A stretch of 64,000 bases of DNA, from assembly GCA_951406725.2 (NCBI GenBank), contig OX597830.1, positions 55,614,001-55,678,000 on the forward strand, read 5' to 3'. The notes under the pieces are model-generated. The model worked only from the letters and a program-made list of their open reading frames with translations. It made no database searches and was not told the DNA's origin. The position numbers were made by a program, and so were the translations under genes. How positions within the stretch are numbered: position 1 is the stretch's first letter; each line of letters opens with the position of its first letter. This DNA is from Octopus vulgaris. Its lineage: Eukaryota. Shown here in pieces: positions 54,387-64,000 of the stretch.

Positions 54387-56883
54387 ATATATATGAAAAA
54401 ACAAGTCAAAAATAGAAAATGCTAAGATGATTTTATAGTGAATCTTTCAATACCGGTTTCGGTCATTTTGAGACCTTTTCAACTGTAACGATTAAATAAT
54501 TAAATTTAGAAAAATTAGAAGAAAAGTTTTTTTAAAAGAATATTTCTGTAGTAGTGTTCAGATATAAGTAGCATTCTGCCTTTCTCTGACTCCCTTGTTT
54601 GCACTTGTGTGTTCGAGGTCGTTTTGAGTTCTTGGTAGGATAGGTGAAGAATAAGGAGGCTGAATTGGAGAGGGGGTGGGGAAATCTGGGAATGCCTTAA
54701 TGGTCGTATTTTGAATGGTCAGTGGCTGACAGTAGTCGCAGTTCAATTCAGGAATTGTTTATGGAATTTGCGTAGGCGTTATACTGAAAGACATTAGTGA
54801 CAAGGTTAAGGGGTGGAAGGTGGAGAAGTAGAAGAAGAAGATGACGATGTTGATGATGATGATGATGAAGAAGAAGAAGAAGAAGAAGAAGAAGAAGAAG
54901 AAGAAGAAGAAGAAGGAGAAGGAGAAGATGGTGGTGATGATGATGACGACGATGATGATGATAATGATGATGATGAAGAAGAAGAGGAAGAAGAAGAAGA
55001 AAAAAACAGAGAAGGGAGAATATGAATGGGTGTAAGTATAGCTGTGATGGGGCTGATTAGTAATGGATTCTATGGAGTGTAATATTTGTGTGTGTATATA
55101 TTTCTTGTATTCTAAAGTTGAGGTATATTAATTGTTTGTCGTAGACCCGTTAAGAAGTGGCTTGTATTTTGTAATAAAGAGATTTTCTTTACTTATTCGT
55201 TGTCTCGAGGTTGTATCGTCCCTAAATTGGTAGAGGGGGAAAATTCTGAAGTTTGGTGTTTTTTTGTTGGCGCAAGTATCTATGTGTTGGCTAAAATCTA
55301 TTTTTCTGTTTTGGGGAATTTTTATCTGGGATCTGTGCAGGGCCATTCGTTTACGCAAACCATTTTTTGTTTGGCCTATGTACTGCTCTTGACACCCGGA
55401 GCAGGTTAGTGAGTATATTAGGTTCTCCGAAGCACATGTGAAGTTGCTTTTCACTGTAAACCGTTGTCCCTGTTTGAAGGAGAACTTTGATCCCTCAATT
55501 AGATAGTCGCATATCCCGCAATTGGGTCTTCCACATTTTTTTACTGTCGGCTTCTGTGTTGAAGAGTGAATTCGGGCTTGTGTTAGGAGACTTTTCATGG
55601 ATCTAGGCTGTCTTTTGCTTTTTATGATCGTGTGTGTTTGGAGGATTGTGTTCATTCTGTGGTCTTTTTTTAGGAGGGGTATGTTGTGGAGGATGGTGTC
55701 GAAGGCTTCGTTATTGAGAGGGTTGTGTGTGGAGATGTATGGTAAGGCTTTTGGTTGTAAGTTTTTCTTTGATTTGGGATGTCTCAGTTCCTTGATGTTA
55801 AGTTGAAGGGCACGTTGAATGCACTTCTCAATAAGTGAAGGTGGATAGTTCCTGGTGATAAGGGTATCTTTTAGTTCTTGTAGTCGTGTGTCTCTGGTGT
55901 TTGCGTTCGAGACTATAGTGCATATCCTTTTTGCTAGATTGAAGGGGATATTCATCCTGGTGTGTCTGGGGTGGCATGAATTGAATGGAAGATATTGCTT
56001 AGAGTCTGTAGGCTTATAGTATATGTCTGTTTCTATTATATTATTAGCTTTCTTAATGAGGATATCGAGGAAGGGGAGTTGTTGCTGGCTATATTCCATC
56101 GTGAATTGGATGTTTACGTCCAGTCCGTTTAAAATTTCCTGGAATTCTATGAGTTTTTCTATATTTTTATGCCAAAGGATGAAACAGTCATCTAGATATC
56201 TCTTCCAGTTGTTTTCTATGTAGATGGAGAAAGGGCTGCCATATCTTTCTAGAACCTTACGATACAGACTGATCTCTAGGTATCCTATGACTAGGTTGGC
56301 AAAGGAGGGGGCCATTCGTGTACCCATCGCAGTCCCCGATTTTTGTCGGTAGAAGTTGTCATTGAAGGCGAAGAAGTTATTTTCCAGGATGAATTTAACC
56401 TCTTCTTCATCATCATCATCATCAACATCGTCATCTTCTTCTTCTACTTCTCCACCTTCCACCCCTTAACCTTGTCACTAATGTCTTTCAGTATAACGCC
56501 TACGCAAATTCCATAAACAATTCCTGAATTGAACTGCAACTACTGTCAGCCACTGACCATTCAAAATACGACCATTAAGGCATTCCCAGATTTCCCCACC
56601 CCCTCTCCACATCAGCCTCCTTATTCTTCACCTATCCTACCAAGAACTCAAAACGACCTCGAACACACAAGTGCAAACAAGGGAGTCAGAGAAAGGCAGA
56701 ATGCTACTTATATCTGAACACTACTACAGAAATATTCTTTTAAAAAAACTTTTCTTCTAATTTTTCTAAATTCAATTATTTAATCGTTACAGTTGAAAAG
56801 GTCTCAAAATGACCGAAACCGGTACTGAAAGATTCACTATAAAATCATCTTAGCATTTTCTATTTTTGACTTGTTTTTTCATA

Positions 56884-56888
<5 letters not shown>
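54387..56888 (-). mobile_element. 5'-truncated Penelope-like retroelement with about 488-bp inverted terminal repeats
   Basis: Uninterrupted RT (GTAMGTRMAPSFANL, KRYLDDCF, LPFLD, YYKPT, SCHP.H) plus GIY-YIG (NLIYSLTCSGCQEQYIGQT...R..H) at 55128-56400. 54387-54874 and 56401-56888 are near-perfect reverse complements. Confidence 0.95.
56788..56829 (+). ncRNA. Minimal hammerhead motif (U3-A8 variant) in the Penelope terminal repeat
   Basis: cag TTGAAAA ggtc-tcaaaat-gacc GAAAC cg GTA ctg. Mirror copy on the minus strand at about 54445-54488. Confidence 0.6.
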
Positions 56889-56971
<83 letters not shown>

Positions 56972-56975
56972 ATGC

Positions 56976-57052
<77 letters not shown>

Positions 57053-57068
57053 TTTGTGTGTATGTATA

Positions 57069-57187
<119 letters not shown>

Positions 57188-57334
57188 AGTAGTTGAATGA
57201 ATTATCTTATTATGGATAATTCGGTTAACCGATACCTGGGTAGCAAATTCACGTCAGAAAAACACGGTTGAAGCTACATGCCTAGGGCAGAGATCACGTG
57301 CTTTCGTGTGGAAATTTGTGTGTTTTTTTAAATA

Positions 57335-57647
57335 CAAATAAATGAAAGAATTGAGTTGAACGACGAATTAACAAAATTCCTTTATTTTCGACATATGTTT
57401 CGAAGGCTGTATATTCCTAATTTCGAAGGAATAAGGGGTGCATTATGCCGCCCTCTCATCAGGAAAAAACAAGAAATTTATGTCAGCATCAAGATGCACA
57501 AAAACTTTTAGATGACTGCCCACACGGAGCCCATAGCATAATGCACCCCTTATTCCTTCGAAATTAGGAATATGCAGCCTTCGAAACATATGTCGAAAAT
57601 AAAGGAATTTTGTTAATTCGTCGTTCAACTCCATTCTTTTATTTATT

Positions 57648-57648
<1 letters not shown>
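57335..57648. repeat. Inverted repeat, arms about 110 bp, carrying the hammerhead
   Basis: gagttgaacgacgaattaacaaaattcc...ggggtgcattatgc pairs with gcataatgcacccc...ggaattttgttaattcgtcgttcaactc. Confidence 0.9.
57385..57468 (-). ncRNA. Type I hammerhead ribozyme motif with extended stem II
   Basis: Minus strand: ttttc CTGATGA gagggc...tattcct-tcgaaatt-aggaata...gccttc GAAAC atat GTC gaaaa. Stems I-III, canonical core and GUC site. Confidence 0.72.
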
Positions 57649-57705
<57 letters not shown>

Positions 57706-59206
57706 CACCGGGCCTCTTCTAGTTTCCGTAGACCAAATCGACTGAAAAGACTTTGGTCGACCTGAGGCTATTGGTAGAAGAGATTTGCGCCCAGGGTTCC
57801 ACAGTGGGACTGAACCCGGAACCATGTGGTTGGGAAGCAAGCTCCTTATCACACAACCACGCCTGCACCCTGAATAAAATGAGTATACGCCCGCAAACTG
57901 TAATTTAATATTCGAACTGATTGCCATCAAAGTTTTAAATGGTCTGTCAAGTTTTCTTTACCCACTAGTATCAGTGAGATTACAAGCAATAGATGAATAT
58001 ATAGCTGGGAAGCTACACAAATGCTGACGAGACTCCAAACGGAGTCGAACTAAGCAGCAGATACAGCTGTTCCTTTCTTTTTCTTATTAACTAACGCACT
58101 ATGTATATAAAAGGACGGAATATTCACATTCGTTGGAAGAGTTTTCGCTAAGCTTTCTTCCCAACCACATGGTTCCGGGTTCAGTCCCACTTAGTGACAC
58201 CTTGGGTAAGTGTCTTCAGCTATAACCTCGGGCCGACTTTGCAAGTAGATTTTGTAGACAAAAACTGAACGAAGCTGTCATATATATATGTGTGGATAGG
58301 CGGCGAGCTGGCAGAGACGTTAGCACGCCGGGCGAAATGCGTAGCCGTATTTCGTCTGCCGTGACGTTCTGAGTTCAAATTCCGCCGAGGTTGACTGTGC
58401 CTTTCAACCTTTCGGCGTCGATGAATTAAGTACCAGTTACGCACTGGTGTCGATGTAATTAACTTAATCCGTTTGTCTGTCCATGTTTGCCCCCTCTATG
58501 TTTAGCCCCTTGTGGGCAATAAAGTAATATATATATATATGTGTGTGTGCGCGCGCGTGTGTGTGTGTTTGTGTGATCTGCTTGTTTTACTGGCATCGGA
58601 CATGAAAGACCTCCATATGCTAAGCTATGAAGATCAAGGAACTTTCTTGGGTTCGAATGAAAATTATCCTTGAAACTTTGCCGTTCCCTCATACCTGTAT
58701 TTCACACAAAAATGAGTGGTAGAGTGGTTGTTAGTTCTTCCTCAAGCCATGCCTGGCTCATAAGGTCCGGTTTCTTGGTGTATAGGTTCCGCACCTGGAC
58801 AGGACGCCGGTCCGTCGCAGGTGAGTTGCAAGATGCAGGAGGAAAGAGTGAGAGAAAGTTGTGGCGAAAGAGTCAGCAGAAGTTCGCCATTACCTTCTGC
58901 CGGAGCCGTGTGGAGCTTAGGTGTTTCGCCCATAAACACACACATCGCCCTGTCTGAGATTCGAATCCGCGATCCCTCGACCGCGAGTCCGCTGCTCTAA
59001 CCACTAGGCCATGTGCCTCGTCATGTTTTCAGGTCTACTGCTGCACATTTTATAGAAATCATTTGTTATTTTCTTTTAGCGCCATGTCAACCTTAATCAA
59101 GCTGACCTATGCCAAAGATAATCCAACCGCGTGACCATCCCAACTCCTCTTTTATTCATACATTCTATCTGTAAGAGAATAAACAGCCAGTGTGCTTTTC
59201 CCTTTT

Positions 59207-59642
59207 GGATCGTTTCGGTTTGACCGGCAGTTTTTTCTAGCGGTGTCATATGAAATTGTCATCCATAATTATGACCCTAGTATCGATCTATTGCATTTCA
59301 ATCTGTTTTAGGGTTCGAGTTAGAGTTAGGGTTAGTCAGGGTTAGGGTTAGGGGTGGGGAGAAGGGTATCTTTTTTTCTTCAGAAATGTAAATAAACCCA
59401 ATCTGTTTCTTAAACGAGGGACATAGTCATGCGGCACAGAATGTTTTCACCTCAATAGACGTCATTGATTGGTTGAAATTGAAGAAAAAAAAAAACAAGT
59501 ATCTTACAAACCATAGAATTTTCTCAATAAAGCCAAGAGAAAAAGATCTTTTATAAACACATTCTACCAGTATACGAAGTTTAAAAGTGTTTAGTTACGT
59601 GGAAATTATTTTAAAAAACTGCCGGTCAAACCGAAAAGATCC
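59207..59642. mobile_element. MITE with 8-bp target duplication and internal TTAGGG-like repeats (Merlin-like)
   Basis: TIRs GGATCgtttcggtttgaccggcagttttt and aaaaactgccggtcaaaccgaaaaGATCC. TSD tccctttt at 59199-59206 and 59643-59650. Confidence 0.85.
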
Positions 59643-60137
59643 TCCCTTTTTTTAAAAAGACATTATGAAGACATTATACTAATATTTCTAGCAACTCGTG
59701 TCAACACATTGAGACCACCCTATTAGATTCTGGCACATGTTTAAAGCGACTAGGTGGACGTATCCGCCGCAAAATCAGATTATTCCATTACTTTACAACG
59801 TAAGTACGACAGGTGTTTAGCAGGATCGTAAGAGTGTTGGAAAATATGCCTTACGGGATATACTCAGTTTCTTTATGTTCTGAGTTCGAATCCTGCAGAC
59901 GTCAAATTTTGTCTTTCATTCTTTCGGGCTCGACAATATAAAGGGCCAGTTAAGTACTGGGTTCCTTCAAATTACATAATCACCCTTCCCTTAAATTTAC
60001 TAGCTTTTGTGTTTAGATTAGAAATAATTATCGTTTTAGGTAATTCTTTACTTCAAGACAAAACTGCAGAGTCAATTCTTGTGAGATTCATATATTTTTA
60101 TATTTCTATTCTATTTTTTTTTTTAACTCTTCACCAG

Positions 60138-60259
60138 AACAAACTACTACCAATCAGAAGTGTCCTGCCGACTACCAACCGGAATCTTGCGCATGTCAGA
60201 AGAATGACTGTTATGGAGCGAAACTCCAAAATGGTTTTTGCTACACAAACAAGGGAAGG
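60138..60259 (+). CDS. Exon 9, cysteine-rich repeat (EQTTTNQKCPADYQPESCACQKNDCYGAKLQNGFCYTNKGR)
   Basis: Acceptor ctcttcaccAG, donor AGG|GTATGC at 60260, phase 1-0. Open frame with 5 Cys, phase-compatible with exons 8 and 10. Confidence 0.8.
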
Positions 60260-60459
60260 GTATGCAATTATAAATAGTTTTCATTTCCTTATTTTGCTAC
60301 TTTTAACCTTTGGGTACTGGCCATGCTGATGCACCACATTTGTAGTTGTTGAAATTGTTTTCGTTACATGTAATCGTTAAGATGTAATCGACAAGTTCCT
60401 TCCCACCAAAATTTCAGGCCTTGTGCCTATAGTAGAAAGTGTTGTTGTTATTATTATTA

Positions 60460-62305
60460 TTTGGAAGATTTCCGCATAGATAAAGACGATCTAAAAATGG
60501 CCAAGAAAATTGTAAAAAGGAATGGAAGAAGGCTAGCTCTAAACCCTCCATCCGACGTGATAAGGAATATCTTAAGATGTACGGCCACATACCGCTACAT
60601 CGGAGTTAAGTCACGTGGGATGGAAAATGTTCCTGAGAGCGAAATACAAAAATACCTCGGATGCAAGGAAAGAAATTTGGAACTACTGAGGTGAGATTTG
60701 GGACTGAAGAAGAAGCCAGGTGTCATTCCTCGACTACTTTGAGGAATGGAAATGTCTTAATCCCCCAGCTATCGTGACCAACGCCTTGCCAAGATTAAGG
60801 TGTTGAATGTGCCGCCAGAAATATCCATCACCTGGTTAGTGGCGGCCGTCTTAGAAGGTTAGAAGAAAACGAAGGTCAAGAAAATACATAAGCAAAACTG
60901 GTCAGGTATAGGTATGGAATTGATTTTACAATGTAAGCAGGACCATATCAACCAAATGTCCGATCGAATCGATCTCCCAGATGGTACTCACCTGTCAGTG
61001 TTAATGGAGGGTAGAAAGCCACGATGTCAAACATGTGGATCTGTAATTCACTTAAAGGCTTTTTGCCTTGAAATTAAAAAAAAAAACTAAACTCCCACTG
61101 CTACCAGCACTGCAAACACCGCAAACGCAAAATCATGAACAAGTGTTCAAGACTCCTACACCTACATCTACACCCACACTCACGCGCACACCCACTCCCA
61201 AACCAAACAAAGAAGGAGTCTGCCTCCGGTTGCCACGGAAAAGCATGCTTCTGCTGAATGCTCTAACTCCCAAACCAACATCAACTGCAATGACATGGAG
61301 AAAGAAGAGCTGAACGATCACAGTGACAAAATGGGGTAGGCGAAAGAGGGGGAGAGTACATAGCCCTGCTCCAAGGACTCAACCAAATATATACTGAAAC
61401 CACAACTGAAACACAATTCACAACCACTCCAACAAAAACCACAAGAATAAACAACAACTTCAAAAACAGCAACATCAACAGCATGGAATCACAGAAACAC
61501 AGAAAACAACCAATTACCGAACTTCAAAAACAAGAAAATTCATCAGACTGTAGACGAAATGCATTCATCAATTTCACTGTTGTGAAAAAGAGCAACATTG
61601 AGCAACAAAGAAGAACTAAATAGAGACAGAAGGAAAGGAATTTGAGGATTTCATCCTCAAAACCGCGAAGGGTAGGCTTCTAATTAAAACGTCGTCAGAG
61701 AAAAATTCCCAGTATAGTGTAGAAATTTTTAAATAAAATCAGTTGATAAAAGGCTGTTGGAATGGCCTTTTAAAAAAATTTCGCCTATAGGGAGGTCTGG
61801 AATTGCTAGGCTTCTTGAAAATCAAGATGAGTAACCTCCTCATTTTTTTTTCTCCGAGAATGGTGTGTGTGAATGTGCGTGACCTGGGTTCAGCTTCGAA
61901 GCAAGGTCACTTGCTCAATGATCTCAGGTCACTTGATTTAGCTGTGACAGCCATTAGTGAAACAAGAATCTCCGGAAAACACCCTCTTGCATCCATTTTC
62001 GGGAACTACGGGGTATTCTTATCTTGTGGTCTATCGGGAGTGGATGGCGGTGTAGCAGTGCTACTCCGAAAATCCATAGATCTCTAAGTATGGGCTATTT
62101 TCTTGGGCCCGGATGGTAAGATAGTGGTCTTACACGTAAATGGCAGCGAAGGTGCCGCCTTAAGACTGGTGGCAGTTTATGCCTCAACAGGGCCTGTAAG
62201 GCCAGATTTCTTCAGATGTCTAGAAACATTCTTGGGAACGTCCCGTACTTTAGTATTGGTGGGGGACTGGAACCATATTTTGGATGCGCGGAAGGACTAT
62301 GTGGG
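60460..62305 (+). mobile_element. Degenerate Tx1/L1-like LINE 5' part (ORF1 and APE endonuclease)
   Basis: Zinc-knuckle-like EGRKPRCQTCGSVIHLKAFC at about 61010-61070. APE motifs CVNVRDL, ISETR, GGVAVL, LVAVYA and LVGDWN at 61860-62300. Confidence 0.78.
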
Positions 62306-62420
62306 TTTGCCTTCCATCCTTGCGGGTCGATAAAATAAGTACCAGTTGAGCGATAAGGTGGATGTAATCGACTTGCTCGCTCCCAGGAACTGCTGCCTTG
62401 AGCCAAAATCTGAAACCATT

Positions 62421-62454
<34 letters not shown>

Positions 62455-62479
62455 TACTATGACTGTTATTTTTTTTCAG

Positions 62480-62607
62480 GCAAGTCTAACCTGCAGATAT
62501 GGAAAGTTTCCCACGATTTCTGTTACAGAAGTGCATTCAAAACCAAATGAAAACTTCGTAAGATGTCCAACGGGTTCTACGATGTTGTCATGCACCTACT
62601 GGTCTTC
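62480..62607 (+). CDS. Exon 10, cysteine-rich repeat (ASLTCRYGKFPTISVTEVHSKPNENFVRCPTGSTMLSCTYWS); gene probably continues beyond the window
   Basis: Acceptor ttttttttcAG, probable donor GTACGT at 62608, phase 0-2. Second CP.G.....C unit. Confidence 0.75.
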
Positions 62608-62666
62608 GTACGTTTACTTTATATATTCATACATATGCAGCTACAAGTGTGTGAGGGTGTATATAT

Positions 62667-62716
<50 letters not shown>

Positions 62717-62810
62717 TACAGATATAGGGTGAAATATAATTAATTTAATAAAATCAACAAATTTCACCTAGTAGTATTTCGATATGGAAAAGGACCATAT
62801 TCGGTAAAAA

Positions 62811-62982
62811 TTTATATAATTAGAATAATAAGGGTATTTTGCAACAAGTTGCTTAAACCACATACCGAAAATTTTAGAAATAGCAGCCAAAAGACTAAAA
62901 TTTTCCAAAATTTTCTAAAATTTTCGGTATTCGGTTTAAGCAACTTGTTGCAAAAAACCCTTATTATTCTAATTATATAAAT
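62811..62982. repeat. Inverted repeat, arms about 70 bp
   Basis: tttatataattagaataataaggg...ttgcaacaagttgcttaaacc...taccgaaaattttagaaa and its reverse complement. Confidence 0.85.
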
Positions 62983-63131
62983 ATATATATGCAGTTACGG
63001 TATTTTCTGTTGAGAACGTAGTAGAGTACATTATAAGGCATATCCACCTTCAGATTTATCTTGTGCTATCCAGTAGTAATATTATACATACTTCCAGATT
63101 TGCGTTTGGTGCCACCTAGAAGGAGTACGGT

Positions 63132-63375
63132 TGGACATTTATTTTTTAATCACTACAATTGTTTCCACGCAACGTAGTTCACCAGCAGAGCAAGTATTTG
63201 ATTATGCAACTGTTTGCCTGCATTATGAGGTCAGGTTGTGTTTCCACAGGCGATGGCCTGAGAAAAACAAGCTAGATCTCATAATGAAGGCAAACAGTTG
63301 CATAATCAAATACTTGCTCTGCTGGAGAACTACGTTGCGTGGAAACAATTGTAGTGATTTAAAAATAAATGTCCA
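63132..63375. repeat. Foldback hairpin, arms about 120 bp
   Basis: tggacatttatttt...ccacgcaacgtagttc.ccagcagagcaagtatttgattatgcaactgtttgcct pairs with aggcaaacagttgcataatcaaatacttgctctgctgg...aaataaatgtcca. Confidence 0.88.
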
Positions 63376-63419
63376 TCTGACTCCAATTTTTTCAAGTATA
63401 TATACATACATATATATAT

Positions 63420-63501
<82 letters not shown>

Positions 63502-64000
63502 GTGTGTATATATGTCTATATATATATATATGTATATGTATATGTATATATATATATATGCATATATATATATATATCTCTTTTACTTGTTTCAGTCATT
63601 TGACTGCGGCCATGCTGGAGCACCGCCTTTAATCGAGCAACTCGACCCCGGGACTTATTCTTTGTAAGCCCAGTACTTATTCTATCGGTCTCTTTTTTGC
63701 CGAGCCGCTAAGTGACGGGGACGTAAACACACCAGCATCGGTCGTCAAGCGATGCTAGGGGGTCAAACACAGACACGCAAACACACACATATATATATAT
63801 ATACATATATACGACAGGCTTCTTTCAGTTTCCGTCTACCAAATCCACTCACAAGGCATTGGTCGGCCCGGGGCTATAGCAGAAGACACTTGCCCAAGAT
63901 GCCACGCAGAGGGACTGAACCCGGAACCATGTGGTTGGTTAGCAAGCTACTTACCACACAATATATAATGTAGTATCATACATCCTAAAATCTTGTTTAT

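Noticed and set aside
56401-56462. Acidic N-terminus MEGGEVEEEDDD... on the Penelope ORF
   Set aside because: Comes from the inverted copy of the 3' non-coding repeat fused in frame by chance, with a GTG start.
59307-59353. Chromosome end or fusion site
   Set aside because: Only a few degenerate TTAGGG units, inside a TSD-flanked MITE.

Overview
Eukaryotic, repeat-dense DNA whose SINE families and microsatellite load suggest an octopus/cephalopod genome (inference). Most ORF-track entries are microsatellite artefacts. One host gene can be assembled by hand on the + strand from 10 GT-AG exons with consistent phases (23744 to at least 62607, about 450 codons, no stop codon reached in the window). 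It encodes a secreted cysteine-rich protein: signal peptide, GON domain (the module known from the C-terminus of ADAMTS9/ADAMTS20/GON-1), EGF-like domain and resistin/PCSK9-C-terminal-like repeats. A complete 8-Cys WSC domain on a symmetric phase-1/phase-1 two-exon cassette sits inside the GON domain. The rest is mobile DNA: two Penelope-like elements with inverted terminal repeats, several hammerhead-ribozyme motifs, an IR/DR Tc1 element, other Tc1/mariner remnants, MITEs and foldbacks, CR1-like, Tx1/L1-like and Gypsy fragments, and many SINEs. A 211-bp copy of part of exon 3 has been pasted into an intronic transposon remnant. All domain and family calls are by eye, without database searches.
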